Origin: a virus
Virus genome (UHGV): UHGV-0133281
DNA: 38,341 nucleotides
Reading direction: 5' to 3' (one strand)
A program made the position numbers and the translations under genes. This document shows positions 1 through 9,072 of the stretch, in pieces; within the stretch, counting starts at the first letter, position 1, and the number at the start of each line of letters is the position of its first letter. Below the pieces are notes generated by a model. That model saw only the letters and a list, made by a program, of their open reading frames with translations, was not told the DNA's origin and made no database searches.

Positions 1-1
1 T

Positions 2-18
2 AAGGTTTTAGCTCTTTT
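2..18. repeat. Left arm of a 17-bp perfect inverted repeat (AAGGTTTTAGCTCTTTT). Its partner lies at 38318-38334. In a circular molecule the two arms form one hairpin with an 8-nt loop followed by a T-run. Candidate attP core or terminator.
   Basis: Reverse complement of 2-18 equals 38318-38334 exactly. A T-rich tract follows at 19-29. The integrase gene is adjacent. Confidence 0.7.
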
Positions 19-129
19 TTGTTTTTCTCTACTTTTCTAAAAATGGAGACGGCGGTCGTATAACCTAGCTTGTAAATGCTGGTTTTGTGGCTGTTTTTAA
101 CTGCTTGATGCAAAAATAATGCAAAAAAA

Positions 130-1260
130 TTATACATACATTTGTTTCATCACTTCATTAACAGCATTACTTTCTTTTTGTTCCATCTCGTCTAGAATGT
201 GTTGATAGGTTTGTAAAGTGGTTACAATATCCTTATGTCCAAGGCGACGAGATACATATTTTATATTTATTCCTTTATACAACATTATTGAAGCATGGGT
301 ATGCCTTAAACCATGACAAGTCAATTCTTTTGTACTGATCTTTCTACAGAATTTACGAAGGACTTTATTTACAGCTGTATTCGATACAAGTTCCATATTG
401 TCATTCAAAAATACTAAATTATTTTCGTTGCGTAGACCAGATTTTAAATAATATTCTTTTTGATGTAACTGTAATTTCTTTAATAAATCGAGCGTATCAT
501 CATCAATAGTGATTATTCTTTTTGATTGATAATTTTTCGTATTAGAGAATGTATTTGTATATTTATAGTCCCATGTTTTATTTACTTTTACAGTTTTATT
601 TTTGAAGTCGATACAGTCCCAAGTCATGCCTATAATTTCTGAAAAACGGCAACCAGTCGCAATACCAAATAGAATAATAAATCGAGAAGTATAAGTGGGT
701 TTTATACCTTCTAATATTTCGTGAACTAGATGGATAGATTCTTGATAATTCAAATATTTCAATTCTTCGTGCTTAGGATTCTTTTTGCCTATAGCTTGTA
801 CTCGATAGGTAGGGTCTCTATGAATAATGCCTTCTTCCAAAGCATCTTTAAGAGCAGCTCGCATATACGTATGATGTTTTTTTACTGAAGCTGTAGCGTG
901 TGTTTCCCCATAGTCATTCAGGGCCTTTTGATATTCTTGTCGAGTCAATTCTTTTAATTTTGTATCAGGAAAATATTTCTCACTAAAATCAACAGCCCGA
1001 CGAATATCACCGTCATTGTCTTGTGATAACTTTCCTTTCCTGTAAACTTCAAACCAGTTTCGAAAATACTCATGAAATAATTTTTCGCCTTCTTTTAGTG
1101 AGTATCCTTTAGAATACCTAGCTTCAATTTCTGATGCTGCCAATTGCGCTTCTTTTTTTGTTGAAAAGCCATTGACGCTTTTTGTTTTATATCGGCCATC
1201 TTTATCTTTATAAGAGACTCGAAATTGCCATCCGCTTTTCAATTTTTTTATGCTTGCCAT
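130..1260 (-). CDS. int: Tyrosine recombinase, phage integrase family
   Basis: 376 aa. C-terminal catalytic region with HGLRHTHASIML...LGH...TYQH (R..H-x-x-R..Y motif set). The N-terminus is typical of phage integrase SAM-like domains. It sits at the genome end next to the candidate attP. Confidence 0.9.
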   Translation of the reverse strand: MASIKKLKSGWQFRVSYKDKDGRYKTKSVNGFSTKKEAQLAASEIEARYSKGYSLKEGEKLFHEYFRNWFEVYRKGKLSQDNDGDIRRAVDFSEKYFPDTKLKELTRQEYQKALNDYGETHATASVKKHHTYMRAALKDALEEGIIHRDPTYRVQAIGKKNPKHEELKYLNYQESIHLVHEILEGIKPTYTSRFIILFGIATGCRFSEIIGMTWDCIDFKNKTVKVNKTWDYKYTNTFSNTKNYQSKRIITIDDDTLDLLKKLQLHQKEYYLKSGLRNENNLVFLNDNMELVSNTAVNKVLRKFCRKISTKELTCHGLRHTHASIMLYKGINIKYVSRRLGHKDIVTTLQTYQHILDEMEQKESNAVNEVMKQMYV

Positions 1261-1352
1261 TGTATCACCTCCAATACTTTATCGAAGTATTATGCATTTT
1301 TTATACTTTATATATTATGATATAAAAGTGTATTCATTGGTAAAGGAGAAAA

Positions 1353-2276
1353 TTATTTTTCAAAGTAGTTTAAAGCTAAATTGAAAATCTCTTGGTAGAT
1401 TAGTTTAGTATCTTGTCGAATGACTCTGCCTTTATTTGCATGTGAAGCAAGATTTCTGAAATCAGCTGCTAGCATTATACGTCGTTTATCCCTTCTGTTA
1501 ATAACTTTAGTTTTACGTAAGCGGCCAGTTAATTCTCCAAGTTCAGTAGTTTCATTTTCAGAAACAGGTGAATTTTCAAGTTCTAAAATACGTTTTATTA
1601 AAGTTTCCATAGCTGTTCCTGCTGTAGCAGTTGCTGCAAGATAAAGAGAATGATCATATGCTGCTAAACTCTCATTTATCGCATATTCAAAATCAGAATC
1701 GTTAACCATTTTAATTATTGGATCGAAATCTAAATCTGAGTATGCATATTTAAAAGCATCCTTGGCATAATAAGAAGAAGGTAAATTTATATGACCTATA
1801 AATTTTCTAGCATCAGTCAGAAGTTTTTCTCTAGCCATATAACCTAACCATTCTTTTTGAATATCGATATATTCCTCTACCGAAGTATCTCCCCATGCAC
1901 CACTCAAGTAATTGTCGAAAAAATTTGAAATAAGATATATATTTTGTATCCCAAACTCTTTGTTTAAAACAAAAGAGATGAAATCATGAGATCCGGAAAA
2001 GTGTTTAAAATCAGAATAATATGAGTTGGGTAATTCCCAAACATCATGTATAATACCAGTTCCTAAATTCAAGATAACAAAAAAGTTACTTGTAAGTATT
2101 CTTTGATCAGTCTTTACCAAATAAATATCAAGTCCTTTTAAATTTGCAAGCGGAAAAGCTTCGGGATTTTCTTTATAAGCTTCAGGATAGAGCAATAGCA
2201 GTCGTTCAACATACTCTTGTGAAAATGCCGGAATTATTTTTTTAATAAATTCCTTCTGTTCCATTTCGTTTAACAA
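1353..2276 (-). CDS. Hypothetical protein with a C-terminal HEPN-like motif (FRNLASH = R-N-x3-H). Candidate abortive-infection or toxin moron.
   Basis: 307 aa between int and the immunity genes, a classic moron slot. The C-terminal helical region carries an Rx4-6H-type motif. No recognisable phage core function. Confidence 0.45.
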   Translation of the reverse strand: MLNEMEQKEFIKKIIPAFSQEYVERLLLLYPEAYKENPEAFPLANLKGLDIYLVKTDQRILTSNFFVILNLGTGIIHDVWELPNSYYSDFKHFSGSHDFISFVLNKEFGIQNIYLISNFFDNYLSGAWGDTSVEEYIDIQKEWLGYMAREKLLTDARKFIGHINLPSSYYAKDAFKYAYSDLDFDPIIKMVNDSDFEYAINESLAAYDHSLYLAATATAGTAMETLIKRILELENSPVSENETTELGELTGRLRKTKVINRRDKRRIMLAADFRNLASHANKGRVIRQDTKLIYQEIFNLALNYFEK

Positions 2277-2374
2277 ATGATCACCTCATGATAAATTACG
2301 TTATATGTTTTAATGTATAACTAAAGCCCCTAGCATGAATCGAACATGCTAGAACTCACCAGAGAAGGGGATAC

Positions 2375-2959
2375 TTATTGCTTCCACATGCCGTCCCCGA
2401 ATGTAACAACATATGGTCCAGAACCTTTTGAAGAAAAGTAAAAAGTTATATTAGCTTTCATTCCGGCAGCTATATCATTAGGTATGTTATTTTGATAAGT
2501 GCTAGCATCAAAATCAGCTAATTCTGAATTGTTATCATACATAGCAAAATTTTGAACATTAAAACTGATAGGTGAACTAGTGGTATTCTCTACAACTGCT
2601 TTTACTTCCACTGGATGTTCACCATCTTTTGGTTCATGCAATTGGTGGTTAGGAGCATCTTCAGCAGAAATTACTGTGATTTTCTCACCACTACCAAACG
2701 TTCCAGATTCATTAAATTTCAAAGTATTGGATGAACCAGTACTATTTTCATCTGATTTGCTAGAATCGGAAGTTCCAAAAGCATCTAGTATTTCATCAAG
2801 CTGACTAGCTTTTGTGCTTAATTTTTTATTTTCCTCTTTTAAACTTGATACAGTTGTTTTTAATTTATTTACTTCTGCCGTGTTATTATTAGTTGATGAA
2901 CACCCAGCTAAAATGGCAAAAGATATTAGTGATACCCCAAACAATTTACCTATTTTCAT
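2375..2959 (-). CDS. Prophage lipoprotein (signal peptide plus lipobox LAGC). Possible superinfection-exclusion or surface protein.
   Basis: The N-terminus MKIGKLFGVSLISFAILAGCSS has a lipobox. S/T/N-rich linker. The lysogeny-module position is typical of Gram-positive prophage lipoproteins. Confidence 0.6.
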   Translation of the reverse strand: MKIGKLFGVSLISFAILAGCSSTNNNTAEVNKLKTTVSSLKEENKKLSTKASQLDEILDAFGTSDSSKSDENSTGSSNTLKFNESGTFGSGEKITVISAEDAPNHQLHEPKDGEHPVEVKAVVENTTSSPISFNVQNFAMYDNNSELADFDASTYQNNIPNDIAAGMKANITFYFSSKGSGPYVVTFGDGMWKQ

Positions 2960-3046
2960 TTTTAAAATTCCTCATTTCTGTTATAATATTTTTATCAGCT
3001 AAATCTCGAAATGAGGTTGAAGTCCGTGTCCCCACGCGGGCTTTTT

Positions 3047-3469
3047 TTATGCAAAATTAATTCTTCGTAGTTTATTAAACAAAAGAGTTCTTATACACTC
3101 TTCATAACGTGCATCAATATCAGCATCTTCTATAAAACGCATATAGTTAACTTGTTCAACAGTTAAACCAGTTTTAGACATATAATCATCTAAGAGATTG
3201 TCAATCATGAATACATCAGCTTCATGCTCCATTTTAGAATGTAAAGAAAAAGCTAAATTATATAATTGGTAGTTATGTTGATGTTCGCTAGCGTGGCCTA
3301 ATTCATGAAGAAGGGTTTTTCTTTTATTCCATTCGTCCAAAGAATCTTTTAAAACGATGGTATTTATCGACGCAATATAATGTCCATCTGCATCTAAATC
3401 CTCTTTTTCTAAGATGATTACACCTAACTCTTTAACAATCATTTCAATTTGTTTCCTCAACAACAACAC
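3047..3469 (-). CDS. ImmA/IrrE-family zinc metalloprotease (anti-repressor protease)
   Basis: HEXXH motif (LLHELGHASEH). Located immediately downstream of, and 1 nt from, the XRE repressor gene, as in ImmR/ImmA pairs. Confidence 0.8.
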   Translation of the reverse strand: MLLLRKQIEMIVKELGVIILEKEDLDADGHYIASINTIVLKDSLDEWNKRKTLLHELGHASEHQHNYQLYNLAFSLHSKMEHEADVFMIDNLLDDYMSKTGLTVEQVNYMRFIEDADIDARYEECIRTLLFNKLRRINFA

Positions 3470-3811
3470 CTACTTATTTTTCTTCTCCAAATACGCTTCA
3501 ATAATGCCTGACAAAATTTCTCTATCATTTTCAGTCAGCGGTTTTCCGTCACTACTCATAACAGATGATAAAGCTTCTTCGACTGTTAGTTGATTTTTGT
3601 CGACTGGATTGGGGTTTTCAGTTCTACCAAGTAAATAGTCTACAGACACGTTAAAATAGTCAGCTAATTCTTTTAATTTTTCAGCCGATGGCTGTTTGCC
3701 ACTTTTTAGACTATAGAAATAGTTTTCACTATATCCTAAATCTAATGTTACTTGTTTCATAGTTTTTGATCGATTTTTTGCAAGTGTTTTGACACGTTCA
3801 AATACTGTCAT
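3470..3811 (-). CDS. XRE-family HTH transcriptional repressor (cI-like)
   Basis: N-terminal HTH_XRE (KTLAKNRSKTMKQVTLDLGYSENYFYSLKSG). Divergent from the cro-like gene across an operator-rich intergenic region. Confidence 0.85.
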   Translation of the reverse strand: MTVFERVKTLAKNRSKTMKQVTLDLGYSENYFYSLKSGKQPSAEKLKELADYFNVSVDYLLGRTENPNPVDKNQLTVEEALSSVMSSDGKPLTENDREILSGIIEAYLEKKNK

Positions 3812-3877
3812 ATCAGCATTCTCCTTAAATTCTTACAAAAAACAATAAAAAAGTGTAGTTTTTTATTTACAAATACA

Positions 3878-3889
3878 ACACTATAGTGT
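3878..3889. promoter_or_regulatory. Operator-like 12-bp palindrome ACACTATAGTGT, copy 1. A partial half-site AGTGTAG lies at 3852-3858.
   Basis: Perfect palindrome in the cI/cro divergent intergenic region. A second copy is at 4014-4029. Confidence 0.6.
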
Positions 3890-4013
3890 ATATTGTTCTT
3901 GTAAGTTAATTGGATAGAAAAAAGCAAACTAAAAACACACCTTATAGCATTAAGTTTGGCGACCGAGTGCATAATAAAGGTTTTGTTATAGGCTTATTTC
4001 GTATGTCTATATA

Positions 4014-4029
4014 CTACACTATAGTGTAG
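4014..4029. promoter_or_regulatory. Operator-like 16-bp perfect palindrome CTACACTATAGTGTAG, copy 2, overlapping a TATACT -10-like hexamer
   Basis: Perfect dyad symmetry. Same core as 3878-3889. About 70 bp upstream of the cro-like start. Confidence 0.6.
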
Positions 4030-4099
4030 TGTTCAGTCAACAATTTTATACAATTCTATCTAATTAACTTACTAACTATTAAAAGGAGGGATAAATAAT

Positions 4100-4291
4100 A
4101 TGCCAGACACAACGACAGGCAGAACTAAAATTCGTGAATACTTTGATAAAAAAGGAATTTCTTTAGTTACTGTAGCAACATACTTCAATATTCCAAAACA
4201 AGACTTGAATGATTATCTTTCTGGGAAAAATCAAAGTAAAAAGGCTCATGAAACGCTAACCGCAATTATTGAATACTACAAAATTAGATAG
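4100..4291 (+). CDS. Cro-like small HTH DNA-binding protein
   Basis: 63 aa, first gene of the rightward early operon, opposite the repressor. Strong RBS AAGGAGGG. The HTH-like segment is ISLVTVATYFNIPKQDLNDYLSG. Confidence 0.6.
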   Translation: MPDTTTGRTKIREYFDKKGISLVTVATYFNIPKQDLNDYLSGKNQSKKAHETLTAIIEYYKIR

Positions 4292-4303
4292 GGGGTCAGT
4301 AAG

Positions 4304-4633
4304 ATGACGCAACTGATAGAATCAAAAATTTCAATTGAGATACCGTCTAATTTGATTCTGATTGAAAAGGCAAAGATTTTAGAATTAGAAAATCAAACCT
4401 TAATTGGTCAGACGTGGAATGCAAAAGATGTTACTAACCGCCTAGGTGGGAAAGATATACGTGACTGGAAACTCGTTTTCTATAAATATCGCGAAGAGGT
4501 AGATTTAAGAAACGGCGGATTCGTAAAGTTCCCAACTAGTAAAGGGATGCCTTGGAAGTTTCATGCTAAGATGACCGCTCATTTTATAGATATTCATTGG
4601 AAAGAATTCATGGAGACGAAAGATCGTTTTTAA
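4304..4633 (+). CDS. Hypothetical early protein (possible DNA-binding or excisionase-like)
   Basis: 109 aa ORF with RBS, tightly packed after the cro-like gene. Confidence 0.45.
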   Translation: MTQLIESKISIEIPSNLILIEKAKILELENQTLIGQTWNAKDVTNRLGGKDIRDWKLVFYKYREEVDLRNGGFVKFPTSKGMPWKFHAKMTAHFIDIHWKEFMETKDRF

Positions 4634-4640
4634 AGAAAGG

Positions 4641-4829
4641 ATGATCACATTGAGAAAAATCTATCATTTAAGACGTATAGCGGCATTGCTAATCGTTTTT
4701 GGCTTGGGGCTTTTAGTAGGCGGCAATATTGGTCCATTAATCCAAAACATATATATAGCAGCTTTTATCATTTGGTTGCTCTACTACGATTTAGCGTTGG
4801 AAGATCGAGAAGTAAAAAAACAAAAATAA
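4641..4829 (+). CDS. Small membrane protein (two predicted TM helices)
   Basis: 62 aa with two hydrophobic stretches (AALLIVFGLGLLVGG and IAAFIIWLLYY). Confidence 0.4.
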   Translation: MITLRKIYHLRRIAALLIVFGLGLLVGGNIGPLIQNIYIAAFIIWLLYYDLALEDREVKKQK

Positions 4830-4895
4830 AGACCCACTTCGACGGCCATCAAAGTAGGTCAGTTACAAATATCAAATTCAAGGAGAGTGTACCAC

Positions 4896-5195
4896 ATGAA
4901 TAGAAAAATTGAAAGAATGATTATTGAACTTGAAAAAGAATGTAAGGCACAGAATGTTGAACTTCTTCTATGTGCTACAAATTTTGAAACAGGCCAAGGA
5001 AGTACTGCGTTTTGTGGTTCAGTTATCGGGTTAGCTATACTCTTGCAAAAACTTGTAGGTGATCTAAAAGAGCAATTAAATATAAGCGAACCTTGTGATT
5101 GTCCAGAATGCGTAGCAGAAAAATCCGAAGATGCTGCAAATGAAAAATCTATGGATGAACTACTAACTGCATTTTTACGAGGTGAACTGCAATGA
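4896..5195 (+). CDS. Hypothetical protein (CDCPEC cysteine motif)
   Basis: ATG at 4896 sits 8 nt after AGGAGAG. The listed GTG at 4887 overlaps the RBS. Confidence 0.45.
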   Translation: MNRKIERMIIELEKECKAQNVELLLCATNFETGQGSTAFCGSVIGLAILLQKLVGDLKEQLNISEPCDCPECVAEKSEDAANEKSMDELLTAFLRGELQ

Positions 5196-5416
5196 TTGAA
5201 GTAAGAGGTTTAAGTGATGATGTTTACGAATTAATGTTAGCAAATGCTCAAAATAGAATTGTTCAATCAATTCGAACTGCAGCATCAAATGGTAATACAA
5301 GTTGCGTGGTGAATAGTAAAGGTCTTACATCAACGTTTTTATCTCAATTAGAAACAGAAGGATTTGATCACGTTGAACTTGAAGAAAACAAAACGAAAAT
5401 ATTCTGGGAGTGGTGA
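5192..5416 (+). CDS. Hypothetical protein
   Basis: 74 aa ORF whose start overlaps the previous stop (ATGA). Early operon context. Confidence 0.4.
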   Translation: MIEVRGLSDDVYELMLANAQNRIVQSIRTAASNGNTSCVVNSKGLTSTFLSQLETEGFDHVELEENKTKIFWEW

Positions 5417-5518
5417 AAATGCCTGAATTTGATTCGTTAGGAGCTAGACAAGAGGCGCTAGAAGAAAAAGAAGCATTAGAGCCAACGTGGGAATATGACG
5501 AAGAAAAGGAGAATGACA

Positions 5519-6535
5519 ATGAGTAACGATTTAACACAAATGACACAACGATCTTTAGATGAACAAGTCATCGGAAATTTAAATAGATTGCAAGAGCAGG
5601 GATTAGAAATGCCGCCAGGCTATAGTCCACAGAATGCATTGAAAAGTGCTTTCTTTGAACTAACTAACAATTCAGGAGGGAACCTTCTTCAGTTGGCAGC
5701 TAACAACCCAGAAACTAAAACATCTATTTCTAATGCCTTACTAGATATGGTCATCCAAGGATTATCACCTGCGAAGAAACAATGCTATTTCATTAAATAT
5801 GGAAATAAAGTTCAGCTTATGCGCTCATATTTTGGAACCATGGCTGTGTTAGATCGAGTAACAGGAGGGGCAGATATCACGCCTGTTGTAGTCAGAGAAG
5901 GCGATGTATTTGAAATTGCTATGGACGGACCAGACTTAGTCGTGGCTAAACATGAAACATCCTTCGAAAACCTAGACAACGACATCAAGGCTGCTTATGT
6001 GGTTATTAAGCTAGCAAATGGTAAAGAAGTAACAACGGTCATGACTAAAAAACAAATTGATAAGTCATGGAGTAAAGCAAAAACAAAAAATGTTCAAAAC
6101 GATTTCCCAGAAGAAATGGCAAAAAGAACTGTCATCAATCGAGCTGCTAAATACTTAATCAATACTAGTAACGATAATGATTTATTTGTGCAAGCTGCTA
6201 AAGACACACTCGAAAATGAATTTGAACGAAAAGATGTGACACCAGAGCGAAAAGAGCAAGCTGTGGTACTTGAAGAAAAACTATTTTCCAACAATATAAA
6301 AGCTGTTGATCAAGAAAACGAGAATGAACAAATTACACGTGTAGCTGATGTACCAGGGCAACCCGATATTGAACAAGCCAAACCAATTGAAAAAGAAGAT
6401 TTAACGAAAGTGGCGGACCAAATTTTAGAAGAACCAGTTCAGGAAACTTTGGATGTAATGGCTGGTTATGAAACCAATCAGAAAGAGAGTGAATCTGATG
6501 TCTCAACGATTGAAGAAGACGATTATCCTTTCTGA
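5519..6535 (+). CDS. recT: RecT-family single-strand annealing protein
   Basis: RecT-like core (GNKVQLMRSYFGTMAV...). Start chosen at the ATG 7 nt after AGGAG. Followed by a nuclease gene, the classic RecT/exonuclease pair. Confidence 0.75.
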   Translation: MSNDLTQMTQRSLDEQVIGNLNRLQEQGLEMPPGYSPQNALKSAFFELTNNSGGNLLQLAANNPETKTSISNALLDMVIQGLSPAKKQCYFIKYGNKVQLMRSYFGTMAVLDRVTGGADITPVVVREGDVFEIAMDGPDLVVAKHETSFENLDNDIKAAYVVIKLANGKEVTTVMTKKQIDKSWSKAKTKNVQNDFPEEMAKRTVINRAAKYLINTSNDNDLFVQAAKDTLENEFERKDVTPERKEQAVVLEEKLFSNNIKAVDQENENEQITRVADVPGQPDIEQAKPIEKEDLTKVADQILEEPVQETLDVMAGYETNQKESESDVSTIEEDDYPF

Positions 6536-7313
6536 TGAAAATTATTATTCACAAGAAGCGGACCTATCTTATATGTCTGTCTCTCAATATAAAAAATTTC
6601 TGGAATGTGAAGCTGCAGCTCTTGCCAAGTTAAAAGGCGAATGGACACCAGTTAGTGATCCAAAAGCATTGCTAGTTGGTAATTATGTTCATTCTTACTT
6701 TGAATCACCAGAAATTCATGAAGCATTCAAAGAAGAAAACAAAAGCAAGATGTTTTCTTCAAGAAAACCGTTTGGCCTATTGAAAGATTTCCAAATTGCG
6801 GAGCAGATGATTGAAAGATTAAAACAAGAAGAAGCCTTTTTAAATATTTATCAAGGCGAAAAAGAAGTGATCGTCACAGGTGAAATTGGCGGTGCAATGT
6901 GGAAAGGGAAAATTGATTGTTTAAATTTAGAGGAAAAGTACTTTGTAGACATCAAGACAACCAAAGATATACACGAGAAAAAGTGGGATGAACGTCTAAA
7001 CAGAAAAGCAAACTTTATTGAACGCTTCGGTTACGTGTTGCAAATGGCTGTTTATTGCGAACTGCTTCGGCAACAATATGATAAAAATTTTCTTCCTCTC
7101 ATTGCAGCCGTTTCGAAACAAACACCTAGTGAAGCAAAACTAATCACTCTTAGCGAAGAAAAAATGATTTACGAATTAGAAGAATTAAAAGAAAACATCG
7201 AGCATGTTGTGCGAGTGAAAAACGGCGAAGAAGAACCAGTTAGTTGTGGGATTTGTGAATATTGTAGAGGACACAACAAAATTACAAATTTTACCAGTAT
7301 GGACGATTTATAG
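6498..7313 (+). CDS. PD-(D/E)XK family nuclease (YqaJ/Cas4-like exonuclease partner of RecT) with a C-terminal Cys cluster
   Basis: Motif GKIDCL...YFVDIKTTK (D..E.K) and C-terminal CGICEYC. Overlaps the recT 3' end. The start is uncertain: 6468, 6498 or 6573. Confidence 0.65.
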   Translation: MSQRLKKTIILSDENYYSQEADLSYMSVSQYKKFLECEAAALAKLKGEWTPVSDPKALLVGNYVHSYFESPEIHEAFKEENKSKMFSSRKPFGLLKDFQIAEQMIERLKQEEAFLNIYQGEKEVIVTGEIGGAMWKGKIDCLNLEEKYFVDIKTTKDIHEKKWDERLNRKANFIERFGYVLQMAVYCELLRQQYDKNFLPLIAAVSKQTPSEAKLITLSEEKMIYELEELKENIEHVVRVKNGEEEPVSCGICEYCRGHNKITNFTSMDDL

Positions 7314-7327
7314 GAGGTGCATAACGA

Positions 7328-8083
7328 ATGAATGCTGGTTACGTCAAATTGTATCGTAAGGTAATGGATTCATTCGTATGGACTAATCCTTACATGTACA
7401 AATTGTGGAACTTGTGTTTGATGAAAGCTAGCCACGAAAACAGAAAATTTCTTTTTAATGGAAAAGAAATATGGTTGCACAGCGGAGAATTCGTCACAGG
7501 GCGCGACGCAATAACGTTTGAGATGAATAAAGGTGTCAAACGTGAACATCAAGTGAACAGCGGTTCTGTATGGAGATGGTTAAAACGATTTGAAAAAGAA
7601 GGAATGTTGAACATCAAATCAACTACGAAATACAGCATCGTATCAATAAATAACTGGGATGATTATCAAGCAAGTGAACATCAAGTGAACATCAAACGAA
7701 CAACAAGTGAACAACAAGTGCACACAAACAAGAATGAAAAGAATGATAAGAATGAAAAGAATGTTGTAGTAGTAGAAGAGCAGCAGTCAGTTTTTCAACT
7801 TTATCAATCAATTTTTGGAATGCTAAATTCGGTCACTACTCAAAATTTAGAGTACTGGTGTAATGATTTATCAACTGAATTAGTAAGTGAAGCTTTAAAA
7901 ATTTCCGCAAAATCAAATGCTAGAAATTTCAAATACACTGAAAGTATTTTGAGAAATTGGGAACAAGAAGGCGTTAAAACTTTAGATGATGTAAAAGCAT
8001 TAGCCGTAAAAAGAGAACGTACTACAAGCAAGCAACAGAAATCAAACACAGGTCATTCGGATTACGATGATCTTGGATTTTAG
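7328..8083 (+). CDS. Replisome organiser or replication initiation protein with a DnaD-like C-terminal domain
   Basis: N-terminal phage replisome-organiser-like region. C-terminal DnaD/DDBH2-like segment (LYQSIFG...ILRNWEQEGVKTLDDV). Iterons lie inside the gene. Confidence 0.75.
   Translation: MNAGYVKLYRKVMDSFVWTNPYMYKLWNLCLMKASHENRKFLFNGKEIWLHSGEFVTGRDAITFEMNKGVKREHQVNSGSVWRWLKRFEKEGMLNIKSTTKYSIVSINNWDDYQASEHQVNIKRTTSEQQVHTNKNEKNDKNEKNVVVVEEQQSVFQLYQSIFGMLNSVTTQNLEYWCNDLSTELVSEALKISAKSNARNFKYTESILRNWEQEGVKTLDDVKALAVKRERTTSKQQKSNTGHSDYDDLGF
7541..7726. repeat. Iteron cluster, candidate origin of replication. Two 11-mers at 7541-7560, one at 7604-7616 and five tandem 11-bp units (AAGTGAACA[T/A]C-like) at 7672-7726.
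   Basis: Direct tandem repeats with one-helical-turn periodicity inside the replisome organiser gene. 9-bp AAGAATGAA-type repeats follow. Confidence 0.65.
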
Positions 8084-8094
8084 GAAGTGAAAGA

Positions 8095-8934
8095 ATGCAG
8101 TCAGCATCAGATGGATTTTCGAAAATGATTAAAACGTTGCTTTATATCACACCTGATCCATGTCCTGAATGTGGAGAAAATCTTTATGCTTGGCGTGCAA
8201 AAAACAAAGATGGGTCCGATAGATGTCCGCCAACTTGCATGGAATGTGGCTATAAAGCACGCAAAAAAGCAGAAGACCTTGAAACAGAGAAAATGTTTAA
8301 CGATAGTTTGAAAGCCAGAGCGATTAATTACCTGAAATATAGCTCGCTTTATACCGACAAAAATTTAATTAATTGTCGTTTTAAAACTTACAAAACAGTA
8401 GACACAGAAACTAAGCTTGCTTTTGAAATTGCCAATCGAGCCACGACTGAAATTCTTTTGAATAAACCAATTCATATGATTCTTTCAGGCAAAAGTGGTG
8501 TTGGGAAAAGTCATTTAGCTATGTCAACGGCTTGGGAAGTGTTGGAGAAATCAAACTATGATAAACGCTGCTTATTTATTAGCTATGCGGAACTCTTAGA
8601 ACAGCTAAAATTTGCGATGAAAGATGAACAAGCCAGAAAGACAATAACAGGAACCTTAATGGCAGAGATAAAAAGCGCTGATTTAGTTGTTTTAGACGAC
8701 TTAGGGGCCGAGTTAGGTGTTAAAGGGAATGACAGTACCAACTTCAATAATGACACCTTAAACCGCATTGTAGAGGCTCGGCAGAATAAAGCAACAGTGT
8801 TTACTACCAATTTAACTGGTAAAGAAATGAGTCAAGCCTATGGTGAGAGAATCCTTTCTCGCATCATGAGTAATTCACAAGGATTCGTGATGAAAATTGA
8901 GGGGACATCAGACAAACGAGTAGCAGGCATCTAA
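8095..8934 (+). CDS. DnaC/IstB-like AAA+ helicase loader with an N-terminal zinc ribbon
   Basis: Walker A GKSGVGKSHLA, Walker B LVVLDDLG, N-terminal CPECG...CMECG. Confidence 0.8.
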   Translation: MQSASDGFSKMIKTLLYITPDPCPECGENLYAWRAKNKDGSDRCPPTCMECGYKARKKAEDLETEKMFNDSLKARAINYLKYSSLYTDKNLINCRFKTYKTVDTETKLAFEIANRATTEILLNKPIHMILSGKSGVGKSHLAMSTAWEVLEKSNYDKRCLFISYAELLEQLKFAMKDEQARKTITGTLMAEIKSADLVVLDDLGAELGVKGNDSTNFNNDTLNRIVEARQNKATVFTTNLTGKEMSQAYGERILSRIMSNSQGFVMKIEGTSDKRVAGI

Positions 8935-9072
8935 AATATTATTTTTAGCGAATATATTCAGCTTAGAGCAGTTTTACAATCAAGTGAATATAAATAGATA
9001 TAAAGAAAGAAAAACGGCTTAAAACGCATTTTAAAGCCTTAAAAACAAATTGATAGAAAGGGGAATCATTCA

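Noticed and set aside
1420-1644. 74-aa plus-strand ORF
   Set aside because: It lies entirely inside and antisense to the 307-aa gene 1353-2276. It has no RBS and is low-complexity. Judged spurious.
2580-3002. Two plus-strand ORFs (2580-2804 and 2814-3002)
   Set aside because: Antisense to the lipoprotein gene and serine-rich, mirroring its codons. Spurious.
3003-3046. GC-rich segment GTCCGTGTCCCCACGCGGGCTTTTTTT between the lipoprotein and ImmA genes, considered as a terminator
   Set aside because: The stem is weak (about 3-4 bp) and its orientation relative to the minus-strand genes is ambiguous. Not called.
5419-5526. 35-aa acidic mini-ORF upstream of recT
   Set aside because: Very short and extremely acidic, and it overlaps the recT RBS and start region. 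Insufficient support.
5325-5546. 73-aa minus-strand ORF
   Set aside because: Antisense within the early plus-strand operon. S/F-rich low complexity. No RBS.
6094-6294. 66-aa minus-strand ORF inside recT
   Set aside because: Antisense shadow ORF. Serine-rich.
7370-8049. Minus-strand ORFs 7370-7552 and 7840-8049
   Set aside because: Antisense within the replisome organiser gene. No translation signals.
8583-8810. 75-aa minus-strand ORF
   Set aside because: Antisense within the DnaC-like gene.
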